A stretch of DNA of 54,378 nt, filler included, from Porpidia crustulata (Eukaryota): the NCBI GenBank assembly GCA_964255105.1. It is 5 parts of 5 records of this genome, joined end to end, with 100 filler letters (N's around TTAATTAATTAA, not from the genome) between each part and the next. Parts side by side here need not be neighbours in the genome. Positions count along the whole stretch, not along the records: positions 10,907 to 21,708 come from CAXUWE010000726.1; positions 21,809 to 32,600 come from CAXUWE010000727.1; 3 more parts are not named here. The stretch is one strand, 5' to 3'. Position 1 is the stretch's first letter. The number at the start of each line of letters is the position of its first letter. The translations under genes were made by a program, and so were the position numbers. The notes under the pieces were generated by a model. That model was given only the letters and a program-made list of their open reading frames with translations. It had not been told where the DNA came from and searched no databases. Below are positions 11,814 to 23,392 of the stretch, piece after piece.

Positions 11814-13595
11814 TCAGGAATTCCCATGCACCTTGCTTAGATTCAAGGTCTGCCTCAATTCTCCCACAGTCCCAATACGCTCTAGCATCTTGACAATCCA
11901 CTCCTTCAGCCTCGGATCCAAGCCAGGCACACGACAGATTTTGTGCAGTGACCACATCAGAGTTATAGAGTTACACAGCTTCCCTCGGTTTCCTGCAGTT
12001 TTGACACTGCGGAGAATCCCATCTGTGTCGATATCACCCAGGAGTAAAGGTACGGAGGCGCAGACGTCGTCAACAGTGGTGTTGACAGTTGCTCTCATGG
12101 CAGCTGGCGAAGGTAATGGTGGTGGTTGGGAGATTGGGTACTGTTGTAGTAACACAAAGAGATCTTTCATAATCGCGAGAAGATGAAGGCGAATACACCG
12201 GATTGAATTCCATAAGGTCGCGACAAATGGGGTGGTATACACATCAATTCGCCGAGGATAAGATGGTGGTTGGTCCTGGTATCTGCCGTTCGTATAAAAC
12301 CCTGGATTGCAAGAAGCTGCGCTGAATGAGTCGGAAGATGAGCTCGAGTCAGAAAGGTTAGGATCTGGACGTCGATAGGTGAAATTGAAGTCGGAAGTCG
12401 AAGTGCTAGGATTCAATTGTTCCGAAGGGGCAAGTGACCACCATCGCCATTCTTCAGGCGCGTTATCATAACTACACTGCAGGCCATGATCCGTGTCCAC
12501 CGTATCATGAATAACCAACTTGAGGCTCTCCTTCCATGTGTCGTCTCTTTCGTCAGCAACCACATCTATCAAATCACTCACACGCCGACCAAGTTGAGCG
12601 ACTCGAACACTCAGTCGAGCCGAGAAGTCTGCTAGCCAACTAGCATAAACTCCATCAGGCCAGTCGGGTATTCCGTGTATCGGCTCCTTTTGGTCGGCTA
12701 CTGCAAGATCTATCCACCAAAGCATCCTGTTAGTCGTGGCGAAGAGACTGCGTCCAACATGGCTGTCAAATTGAGCTCGCCCACGCATCTTGAGGAGGGC
12801 GGACTGGCCTCGAAAATGTGCATGAAATACCTCGCCGAAGGATCGTTCACCGCTAATGATCTGGATTATGGGGTTAGACTGCAAATACTAGACAGGGTAT
12901 ATAAAATTCAGAGTAGTAGGATGTACATGGAGAAATTAGGAGTATAATAATTGATGGAATACCTCGAAAACTGCCAATAAACACATTGTTGCCAATGTCT
13001 CGTCGGACATCACTCGGGTTTCACAGTTCATCGCGGCTCCCAGATCCAACAAAGCCTCACCGTACGCCCTACGTGCCAGCGCAGTGAGACGATCTATGCT
13101 AGATGTATTGGCCAGATGAGCCAGGGAAGCGGCTTCCACCGCTTTGATCAAATGGACGGACGATGAGGCACTGTACATGGTCGGAAGGTACTCAAAGAAG
13201 CCCCAGGTAGTATTGAGGGCATCTGGAGGGGTGATATACTCGGCGAAGAATAGGGAAACTGATTGATCAGTCCAGTTGGTCGACATGGGGGCAGCGATGG
13301 TTGGGGAGGCCATCGGACGTGGTAAATTATGACGACGCGTAATGGAGTTCGCTGAGCTAGATGTAGAGTCCGAGGATCCCACAACGCTGTTCTCGGACTC
13401 GGAGATATTTCGTATTTAAGCTTTGGCTTTGGAAGGTTTATGCACATAGCGGAAGAGCTGGGCATCTGTTCTGTAGCCGGTACAGGTACGACCGGCGCGT
13501 GTACAGCGAGCACAGAATGGCCGCATTTCATGGCATTTCACCTTCATGGCCCTACACACATGGCAGCCACGGCTGGGATGGCCGGGATTGGGCAT
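11814..13595 (-). pseudogene. Zn2Cys6 transcription factor with an in-frame TAA at 13416-13418; intron 12861-12962
   Basis: ATG 13595 gives MPNPGHPSRGCHVCRAMKVKCHEMRPFCARCTRAGRTCTGYR (six-Cys cluster). The same frame continues past the stop into the fungal TF region (YGEALLDL..AVFE|IISGE..HFRGQSALLKMRG..VDDVCASVP). The family call is strong; pseudogene status is less certain. Confidence 0.75.
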
Positions 13596-14496
13596 GATGT
13601 TGATATAAGAAATTGATGAAGGTGATATACAGTGAGTGATTGAGAGTAGACGTAGTGGTTGAAGTAGTTGAGAGACTGGGAAATAGTTGAATGCGGAGAA
13701 AGCCCTGGTCCCTTATAGTCTTCCCATGATGGAAGATATCTTGATTCAAAGCTGAGAGCTCTGCGTCTCACACCGTCTTACATGAGCTCAAGGTTGATCG
13801 ACACCTTGAGCTGAAAGGACCACGAAGTAGCTCGAGAACTAAGATGATGGGTTGACGACCCTGACACGGAGTTAAGGTACTTCATAGCCAGTATTCCCGC
13901 TGGCTATCGAAAGGGCCGCCTTAGCCCTGCCGCAGTCCTCACGCCAACGCCTCAGCCTCAAACTAAGTATCTACTAAAGAACCTTCAAATCTTTGAGCCA
14001 AGGAACATAATCAATGCATATGAGCCTTCATATAAGATCTGTAATTAACAGAGTAGCTCAAAGACATGACATAGTTACAATGTATTTCTGATTGTTCGAA
14101 ATCCCTATAGCTCGTTCCTTGAACGGAGGGTCAGCCTTGCAAGGCAGTACCTGAGGGCTAGATCCATACCAGTAATCAGGTAGTCAACTAGCGACATTAG
14201 CACAAGGTACCTTGTACTCATGTGACTCTTTCTTGATGCTTTGATCGAATGATTGTGAACCAAACGAGTTTTATGACACATTTGACAATCCCAGCGGCTG
14301 CATAATAGTCCTGCGAGTGACTACGGGATGTAACGGTCGCCAACGCCAACGCCGTAGAAAACGAATTTGATGGAATGCCGTCAACATCACGCTAACAAGG
14401 ACTTGATCCTCGCGGTATGTATGTAACTTGAAAACACTGTTTTTCCCATGTCGGCTCTGTCTCGTGCTCATCTTGTGCCCATTGTAGATGAGTAGC

Positions 14497-15762
14497 TCAA
14501 ATCGGGAGTAGCGTTTCTCGAAAAATGTTGACGGGATTAAAGGCCTTTACAAAGGCGTAGATGCCCAACGGACCACCGTGGTATGTCGACTTCGTAGAGG
14601 GGTCGGTGACGTATGGTCGGTAGCTGTAGACATAGTGGAAAACGAAGGCGAACACGACCGTCTGGACGCAGAAAATGATGGCAGGAAGGTAGACGACTAG
14701 CCCAAGGTAGGAAAGTGCGCGACTCGGGTGGAATTGGGCACCGGCGATAGAGAATGCGAGCTAGGTTCGGGGGTTAGCCGCCATGCAAGAAGATTTTTGG
14801 GAGGATCCCATACTATTTGAAAGAGGTCAAGAGTGACAGCGAGCTTAAACGCAACAAGTTTGGCTATGATCCCCTCGCTGCGAAGCCGTGATTGCACGCG
14901 CGTAGTGAAAAGTATGATCGAGGTGATGGCAATGGTCGCTGAAATAGCATGAAGGACTGTTACCTAAGGGTTCCGTCAGCCAGCTTCTGCCGCCTCGGTG
15001 CCTCGTTGTAAAGACGTACCCAGATATGAGCAAAGTGAGGTTTGTTAGAGCTGGGGCAGAAATGTCCGGTAGCGTGAGTGATGTCGGTGACAATGGCAAA
15101 GATGGTGGCCACACCAATATATTGGCAAGCGAGGGTGCGGGTGTTCTGAAGTCATGGTTAATTGATGGAAATGCTCATGAAAGTCCGATGCTTACCCTTA
15201 TATCTTTGAGGTCTTCACTCGAGAGGGGAGCGCTGTCCTCTTTTAGGCCGAGGTGAATCGTCTGATTGACGGGAGCAGTCAAATTCGGTGATAGGTAATC
15301 GCAGGCCAAGAAAAAGAAGCTAGCTAGTGCAACAGATTCGAAGACTTTGACCCATGGCATAAGATACACTGCGGACAATCCGAGATATATGGTAATGAAA
15401 TACATGAGCGCAAAGGTCGGGATTAGAGCAATGATGCGGATCGTCCTAGAGAGAGGTATCAGATGGATTGCCAGTGCTGTTGTGCCACGACCAATCATAC
15501 TTAATCTGTTCTGCTGGGCGGCTGAGATGGGTCGCATGAAGAAACATAAGGATGGCCGATACCAAGAAGGCCGTTCCCATGCAAGAACCAGATACGTATA
15601 TGCTCAGCCTTTTCAACGTCAATGAGCCAACAATTGGCGAGGCATCTTTCTGAAATATTAGCATACTCTTCCTTTGGTCGTTGCCTCAGAAAACGACTTG
15701 CCATCAATGGGGCTAGGAGGGGGTGGGCAGACGTGTGTAGGTCCACTATTATATATTCCCAT
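14497..15762 (-). CDS. Organic solute transporter OST-alpha / TMEM184 (DUF300) family membrane protein, about 6 exons
   Basis: Spliced segments: FLHATHLSRPAEQIK|TIRIIALIPTF, FESVALASFFFL, QYIGVATIFAIVTDITHATGHFCPSSNKPHFAHIW, AKLVAFKLAV, YSYRPY and YHGGPLGIYAFVKAFNP. Introns are canonical except intron 1, which is probably GC-AG. The C-terminal end is uncertain. Confidence 0.85.
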
Positions 15763-17109
15763 GTTGATGTGTAGGATAGAAAGCGCTTGATGAGGTGTGA
15801 TACCGCCAAAGAGGTTCAGAAAGTAGAGGTCTATACAAATGGCTAACAAAGCATCGTAACAACAGGAAACAGCTAGAGAATGAATTGGAGATACTGCGCG
15901 AAACGATAAAAAAAAAGAGTGAGCGAACAAGATCGATGGGGATCAAAAGTTCTAATGGGTTTGGTAATATCTATACAATAAAGCAGATCAAGTGAAGGTG
16001 TAGATAATATAGTCAAATCATTACTATCCCTCCTCCATCATAAAACAATGAGACCAACGGCCATCGCCAAACCTACCGCCATTGATAGGTGGAGACACTT
16101 GGTAGGGCGGTGACAATCTTCAGCGGTCCCATAGTGATTTTGAGAAGATGCCAAGCGATGGAATACCGTGCGGAGCGCCACGCGCGAGAAGCTGAGAGCT
16201 CATATTGGTGGTTCAGATCACCAAGCATGACCAAGCATAGACAAACATGCGAATGAGCGATTCGAATTAAAGGGGGCTTAGCGTCAGGGTACACTTCCAA
16301 GAACGCTAGGCTTCAATCGGCTATTCATGCGATGCAATATCTTATCACCCTTATCACGTTACTACGTAGCGATCATATAATAGTCGTCCGCCGGCTTTAT
16401 TATTGGTTCAACGCTTGTAACGTCGGTGCTATGCAGTTGTCAGTACAATGCTATTGCTGATTCCTGAGATATTTAAATATCTTTCTCGGAGCCAACTTGC
16501 AGGCCGTTTTTTCTAAATTCCAGACACCGAAAAAATGAGGTCAGGCGTCCAACTCTCGCTTCCATATGCAGATATCGAGAATTAGCCTGAGTAACAACAA
16601 GCCCCATCAGCCAGCACTTACACCCCCTGGTCTTTCACCCACATCACCCCTCACGATAGGTAGATGTAGCACTAGCGTTCTTGACCGATTTCTTGGCAAT
16701 TTCCGTCTTCCATCAGAATATATTTCCATCATCTGCATGAGCAAACAAACAACAGACACGAGAGTGGAGATGCAGTCCAAAATGAGAAAGAGGAAGGAGA
16801 GAAGATGAACAGAAGAGGGCAAGAAAGGAACTGAGCTCACCAGGAGCTTCTCTGTCGGAGCTCTGGCACCTTCAGCATCATTTCCTATTTGAAAAATCCT
16901 ATGTCCTAGCCGATATATCTGTTCTATTCAGTTTACTCGACCTCGCGCATTCAGCAAAAAGCTAACAACAAAATCGCGAATCTCAGAAAGCTCGAATTCA
17001 GATATCTGGTATCAGGGTGAAAAGCAGAAGAAAGGTGTCGTTGACGCTCAGCTTCCTTCTTCCCGACTATCGATATACCACCCTGCAACTGTCCCCCCAA
17101 ACGCCTCGG

Positions 17110-17664
17110 TCACCAACCTTCCGTTGCCCGAACCCATCCCGACCACTCTTCCGGTTGTCTTTTGGCCCGCCTGCGGCTACGCCGGAACTTCCCAGGACGC
17201 TGAGCCAGCAGCTGCGGCAGCTGTACTTCCTTCTTCGCTGTGAGCATTTGGGGGTCTTCGTAGGATTTGTGCTTGGCGGGTAAACGGTCGTGCGCGTGGA
17301 GCTGAGGGTAGATGTCGCTAAATTTGAGAGTATCTTCGTTGTTGCGGGGATGATCAAGGAGCAGATTTTCGCTTGAAAGCTCGGAACGCAGGGATCTGTC
17401 CATTGGGTTCGTAAGTCTGTGTGATTGAAGGTCTTGGACGCAGGCGCTGTGATAGATGTGGCCGCATGGCAAGCAGACCGGAAGTTCCGTGACGTCGGGT
17501 AAGTCATGCACGATCCCGCATAGAGAACATTCTTCATCGGGATCTTGGATCTCAGAAATAGCGATGGTTGGGAGACCGTCTATGAAGACGAAGCCTGGAA
17601 TTAGAACCTCGATAGCGTCTGAGGTGGCGGTCCATATATTCGGGCTGGGGCCTGCGAGTGACAT
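17110..17664 (-). CDS. Small protein with a degenerate RING-H2-like finger
   Basis: CSLC-x-LPCGHIYHSAC matches RING-H2 ligands 1-6. The expected CPxCR is replaced by NPMDR. Confidence 0.6.
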   Translation of the reverse strand: MSLAGPSPNIWTATSDAIEVLIPGFVFIDGLPTIAISEIQDPDEECSLCGIVHDLPDVTELPVCLPCGHIYHSACVQDLQSHRLTNPMDRSLRSELSSENLLLDHPRNNEDTLKFSDIYPQLHAHDRLPAKHKSYEDPQMLTAKKEVQLPQLLAQRPGKFRRSRRRAKRQPEEWSGWVRATEGW

Positions 17665-18901
17665 CGATGGTCTTAGATTAGGGACTTGGTATTTGCTTCG
17701 GGTGACTTGGAAACAGATAGTAAGAGTGGAAATGAGAAAACAATTTGAGATTTATCGGTCTTTGGAAATGCCCAAACCTCAAGGATAAGCGAAGAATCTG
17801 AAGCTTAGATGAGTGATGTATGAAAGCAGAGAGCTTGATTTCAGCAAGATTGTGAAGTCAAAGACACAGACTAAATGCCATGGGAATCCCGGAAACTTCG
17901 ACACCCAATGATCAGGTGTTGCTAGTGACACTCGAGATGAATGAGTCGCGCCTGCCTCGACACATCTAGCGTAGACACTGCCCCTAGCGCTTTCCTAGAT
18001 CGTCCGTCAGTATGTCAAACCCATTGTCTCTTGCGGAAAGACATGCTGTCGAGGGATTGTATGACTTTTGTCGTCCATGGATTCACGTTGGGAGAGGTAC
18101 TTCGTCGAAGACGTGCAGTAGGTTGCGTATCTCCGTGTTCTCGGCCCGCAACGCGATTGATTATAACTTCAACTTATTTGTCGACAGCGCTTTCCAGGGC
18201 CATTCTATTGACGATAAGCCACGGAAAATAGTGGCGTCTCTGGCATGCTCTCTGAATTCCTGAAATGCCACAATCAACACCATGCATTTTAAAGAGTACC
18301 TGAGCGTTATGTAGCTTCCACCATGCCTTACATTAATTCTGCCTGTCCCGAGTGGTCTTTGGATCAGTAAGATGTCTGCTGGCCGACCTTTGCTAAATAT
18401 TAGGGCTAATGAAGTGAGACATATTCTATCGACGTTAACACTTGTGGATGGATTGTGGCCATTACCAATAATTGTCCAATTCGCCAATAAATCGTTTAAG
18501 CCACCGCCTTTGACGAGATTGGCAATTCTAAACGTCCGGCAGAGTTAGCATCCTTGTTAACCATCTTGATTTTTATTCTCAATGTTAAGATGCAGTCTGG
18601 CTAGTCTCGTGATGACATGGCTTGCAAAGTGCAGTGGTAGGTGTATGAACTCGAAATGTCCAAAGCCAAATTATTAATTTTCAAAGTCGAAGAACTAAAT
18701 ATTGGAATCCGAGATTAAGAATTACTTTTATTTAAGATCGGTGAATAAGGTAACTTATCGCTAAAATCCATCATCACGGCAATTTGTATGTGCAGTATAA
18801 TGCAGAACAAGACGCAGTCATAAAAACGTGCCTCAATCATATCTACAGAAAGCTGAACGCACTAAGAGATAGAGGTGCCCCTAGGCGTTTGCAGCACAGC
18901 A

Positions 18902-19996
18902 TCAATAATGCCTGGGATTGGAGCCGTAAGCCTCTGCGGGGGGGTTGTAGCCTCTGGCGGCAGATTCAGGGTTCGTGTGAGGGAACCCGCCGTGGTGCAC
19001 CTCGGTGTATGGTTCGGGATCATAAATGACTGGGTGATGCCCTGTGGTAGGTTCCCGGTAGCCTGCATTGGGAGCACCGGTGCCCATACCATGGTGAGGT
19101 GTGTGAGCAGTGCCGACCATAGGAACTGTGGGCTCCCTATCATATTTATTGTTCACACTTCCATACGTTTGGTCAGGAGCAGCCGCAGTAGATCCTGTCA
19201 TGGCAGTGTCGTGCGATGGGCGGATGGCTCCATTGTTGTGATGGTGATTGTGGTGCGTGTCTTCTGCCAAAGCCGCTCCTCCAACTCCGACGGCACCAAG
19301 TTCAGCGTCGTGGGTTTTGTTGTGTTTATTGTTCTTGCGCTTCCAGAAAGGTGCCTTCTTGCCCGATCCAGAGGTATAGTTGTTGGATGGGCCTGGTCCG
19401 TATCTTTTCTCTTTCTTCTGATGTCTGCTCAAGAGAACTGCCATCACGGCAGAAATAAGGAAGAGGAAGCTAGGCCCAAATGTTAGTATTCACTTTGTGT
19501 GAACAATATCGGAGAACGTTAACTTACGCGGCAATAATGGCAACGGCGAAAATTGTGGTCTCCAACTTGCAAGCCTTGATGTTTCCACTGCCGATAGGCG
19601 AGAGAACATTCTTGCCGTTACATGAGCGAGCACCGTCCCGAGCGAGGACAGCAATGGCAACAAAGCCACCCACGAACGCGAAATCGAGAAGGAGAGCAAG
19701 GAATGCGAAGAAGGTGATGCCACCAAGAAAGCAGGTGAGGATGACGGCGAAGGCAGTATAAACAACGGCGGCTCCGGCAATGCCTTCGACAGCTCTCATC
19801 CACGTCGGAATATTCGCATGATGTGTCGAGAGATCTATCAAAGATTAGTCCATGAGCGCGAAGCTAGGAAACGTAGGATTGACTCACAAGCCAAGAAGTA
19901 GGAGAATATGCCGAGTATGAGCACAGCGATGAGGAATTGAAGAGCACGGAGGAAAGTGGTGGCACCCCGTAAGGCAGTGCCAGTCTTGGAAACCAT
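18902..19996 (-). CDS. MARVEL-type 4-TM membrane protein; exons 19996-19888, 19834-19528, 19469-18902
   Basis: FLRALQFLIAVLILGIFSYFLA start, four hydrophobic helices, a Cys pair in the loop, and a cytoplasmic tail beginning KKEKRYGPGPSNNYTSG. Donors GTGAGT and GTAAGT with CTAAY branch points. Confidence 0.85.
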
Positions 19997-21203
19997 GGCT
20001 AAACGGCGAAAGGGAGAATGAGAAGTTGTAGGTGTAGAGGAATGGGAGATTCAGTGATGGCGATATTGGCGAGGAGACATTTTATGATGGGGCAATGAGC
20101 GTAGCAAATGCACGAGGTGGTAAGACGTAATCAGCATTCTTGGCAGTCTCTATTCAACTACCTTGCCCCCGTTGTTGCCTTGCTTTCTGCATAGTGCCAA
20201 GGACTCCAGCTCATTATTGACCTGTCACGCCTGTCAGATGCTTCACCTCCAAATCAAGAATTATGAGTGCAGATCATCAACAATTACATCATTTTTTCGC
20301 CATTCGTCACTAAGCCACACTTCGACAGAGTTTAGCGTCCGCTGTTGACGTCGCTCTAGGAAAGTCTGGGTTAGTCATGCTGCACTGCCACATCTCTTAT
20401 CCATCACCTGCTGTTCGTCTTCTCTTCTACACACATCCATTTCCAATACTACCATTTCCAATACTACCTAGGTACAGGCATAACCTCGGTGTTCGCCGAT
20501 TTTCCATGGAGGACCGAGTCATAAGGCCATTGACACATGTAAAATCTTTGCTTCAACTGCTTCGATCAAAAACTCATTCTCGTTATTCTCTATTCACTTT
20601 TCCGAGGAAGATTTCATTGCAATAATCATCCCCATATGCGCAAAGTGTGCAGTAAGCCAGTGGCCATCTGGATGCAATGTCGAGAGAACGATATGTTTGT
20701 GAAGAGTCCGATATTCTATTGAATTCCATAAAAGACTTTGATTTCGCAGACGACGTCGCAACAACAGGTTTGCTTGGGCGGTCATTTGTGGAGAATATTT
20801 GTTAATGTCCTGTGAATCACATTACATATACGAAACTCATATGGGCTTCGGATTGAAAAGGCTGCAGCCGCGCTTTCGAAACCCCCATTGTCATTACAGC
20901 CACGGACTGTATCATGATAGAGTGTATGTGGGCTAAACTCCTGGCGACTGCGCCTATAAACAACAGCTATGCGAGTCAACTCAAGTCATGAGCACGTGGG
21001 AATCTATCTCAAAACCTCTGTCTCTCGCCAGGCGGATCTCAAGGCCACTGGAGCCGCAGTTCCATGTCTGCTGAGGCGAATTGCCGTTACGCGCTTTTGC
21101 CGCATGTTCAAATATCTGATTTGATATATATTCGCACGTATAATTTTTCTTTATGTACGGGAACGCAAGTTTTACTCCAAAATTCTATTATATTGTTCTG
21201 GAT

Positions 21204-21708
21204 ATGAAAGTCCATTTCTCGTTTTCAAAGTGCTTTTCCACAATTACTACGCTTCTCCTTGTCCCATTCGCCCATGTGACGAGCGGACTCGCTGTCAACC
21301 AACCAACGCCTTCAATACCCACATCGAATCAGAGCAATACGTCTTCAAACGACCTCCCGTCCACCAACCCGCTCGGCGATTCTGCATACCGCTGTACCGA
21401 CGCACCAGAATGGACATCCCATGCCTGGAATCCGGCTGATTGCCAAGTCGCTCTTCTCCGTCTGGCCCTGAGCGAATCCGACCGTCATGGAGACACCGAC
21501 TTTGAGTTTGTCGCACCTGGCGCGCATCCCACGAAGAATCTACCACGAATGAGTACACCTAGGAGATATACCAGCGGTGAGCTTGAGCCACCAGTGGACC
21601 TGGGAGACTTGGTTGAATAGTAGCTTTAAACTAACACCTATCATCTAGGATCTTGCACAGTCGCAATCGTCATGCTACGTCAGTCGTCTTTTCCTCTCCC
21701 AACCCCTC
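21204..21708 (+). CDS. Small secreted Cys-containing protein, 3' truncated; intron 21577-21648
   Basis: Hydrophobic signal-like N-terminus, Ser/Thr/Asn pro-region, then YRC..ADCQVAL..FEFV..TPRRYTSG|SCTVAIVML across a GTGAGC..CTAAC..TAG intron. Confidence 0.75.
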
Positions 21709-21808
21709 NNNNNNNNNNNNNNNNNNNNNNNNNNNNNNNNNNNNNNNNNNNNTTAATTAATTAANNNNNNNNNNNNNNNNNNNNNNNNNNNNNNNNNNNN
21801 NNNNNNNN
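21709..21808. other. Artificial contig spacer
   Basis: N44-TTAATTAATTAA-N44. Confidence 0.98.
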
Positions 21809-21812
21809 GCGT

Positions 21813-22778
21813 CTACAACCTAGCCCCACGCTCAATCTTCTCGTCATCATCCGCGCGCCCAAACCAAATCCCCTCCACAGCCTTAACGTACCGATCCCCA
21901 TACATGGAAAGATGCTGGCAATGCCCGCTGCCGCTGAACCGCACCTCGCTGACCTTCCAGCCCTTGCGCCGCGCGTCCTCGGCGTGGTCGTGGATGTCGC
22001 TCCACTCGACCATGGCGTCCGTGTCGGAGTAGAGGTAACAACCACCTGGCGGCTTTTCTTCGCCGGTGTCCGCACCTTCGACGCTAGAACCGGAGACCGT
22101 ATCCGCGTCGAGCATGGTGCGGCGCATGAGACCGGCTGGGTTCTCGTTGCCGGACGCGATCCAGGTGTACAGGAGCACGAGGAGGAAGTGCACGGCGAGG
22201 GCGCCGAGGAGACGCGTGGGGATGTCCTTGGGGAGGGAGAGGACCATGGCGTTGTAGGATTTCCAGTAGGTGCCTTTTGCGGGGCAGCTGTCGAAGACGA
22301 GGCCGGCGAGGGGGAGCGGGGCGTGTAGGTGCGAGCGGAGGGCGATGAGGAGCTGGGTGGCGGTGTTGGCGCCGCCGTTGGAGAAGACGTGGAGCAGGAT
22401 CTTTGGGGGCCGGGTGGTTGTTGGGTCTTTCCTGTCAGTTGGGGGAGGAGCTGTGATGCTGCCGTTGCTGACGGGCGGTGTGGAATTGTAGTGGCCGCAT
22501 TCGGCGAGGGTGTCGAGGACTGTGGAGATGGCGCATTGGATGTGGTTTCGCTGGCGGGCGTAGCTGCTCACGAGTATGGGTACGTTGGACTCGACCAGGA
22601 GGACCCGGGCTCCTGGCGCAATGCGCTGGTAGAGGCTTGCGTACTTGGCAACATGCTTGCGGGCAGCGCCGAGCCAAGTGCAAACGACGATAAGCTCTCC
22701 GCTCACGGGGGACAGAGGGGTGTAGAGGGAAGCGCGAGGGCCGATGGTGACGAAGCCTGAGAGCAATTGAACCACCAT
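21813..22778 (-). CDS. DUF829 / TMEM53 / PaxU-like alpha/beta-hydrolase-fold protein
   Basis: Intronless. Motifs TWLGA..KHVAKY, LLHVFSNGG (nucleophile elbow), LVFDSCP, YLYSDTDAMV and FSGSGHCQH, so Ser-Asp-His candidates are intact. Confidence 0.9.
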   Translation of the reverse strand: MVVQLLSGFVTIGPRASLYTPLSPVSGELIVVCTWLGAARKHVAKYASLYQRIAPGARVLLVESNVPILVSSYARQRNHIQCAISTVLDTLAECGHYNSTPPVSNGSITAPPPTDRKDPTTTRPPKILLHVFSNGGANTATQLLIALRSHLHAPLPLAGLVFDSCPAKGTYWKSYNAMVLSLPKDIPTRLLGALAVHFLLVLLYTWIASGNENPAGLMRRTMLDADTVSGSSVEGADTGEEKPPGGCYLYSDTDAMVEWSDIHDHAEDARRKGWKVSEVRFSGSGHCQHLSMYGDRYVKAVEGIWFGRADDDEKIERGARL

Positions 22779-23392
22779 GACGAGTAGCAATAGACCAACG
22801 ATGAGGGGAGGAAGTTGATGTGGAGGAGTAGGGCCAAAGGAAAAGGTGCAAACAGAGCAGTCATTCCGGATGCCATCGGTGACTAGCCTACGCTGAAGAT
22901 GCAGATGCTGAATTGGTCTCGAGAGGTCAGAGTCCCGAGCTTGCAGTAGTGTTATGCTGTGTATGTCGCTTTTGCAACTAATGAGCCCTAACCCTTGAAG
23001 CCTAGCTGTGAAATTCGTGTTAGTGTGGTATTATATTGACGGTACACAACGGTCCGCATCATCCCTGTATCTCTCGCTTGTGATTTTGACCGTTGAACGG
23101 AACATTCCACGTCTTAGCATGTTCTAGATGCGTCATAACGCCGGTTAATATCATATTCCTAAACGGGAATTTTCCTTCCGAAACGGATCTGGGAGCACAA
23201 CAATTAGTGATGAAGACTAAACGTCCTACATATATGGTGCTTTCGTCTGCTGGGGCTCGCTCGCATCCGCAGGGCTCGTCTCAGCTATTTGCAATTCACT
23301 CCAAGCGAAACGTACGTCGACTCGAACCACTAGTGCATGCATTTATAGCGATCCAGGATTTCAGCGCTGGCTTAGCCTTCTGCAAAGAAGAA

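Noticed and set aside
17900..18500. Possible decayed gene on the minus strand (GTAAGG..CAG intron-like signal)
   Set aside because: Stops in the frames I read and no recognisable family motif.
18875..19486. Long antisense ORFs over real genes (also 21912-22760, 41963-42679, 50276-50791)
   Set aside because: Shadow frames of GC-rich coding sequence, with no independent motifs.
20437..20466. 15-bp tandem duplication CCATTTCCAATACTA x2, and CCTA/CCTTA repeats near 47897-47923
   Set aside because: Ordinary slippage repeats with no spacer structure; not CRISPR-like.
23093..23392. 100-codon N-terminal extension of the MFS ORF
   Set aside because: It starts at TTG, looks non-coding and contains TATA-like promoter sequence. 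The family-typical start is ATG 23393.
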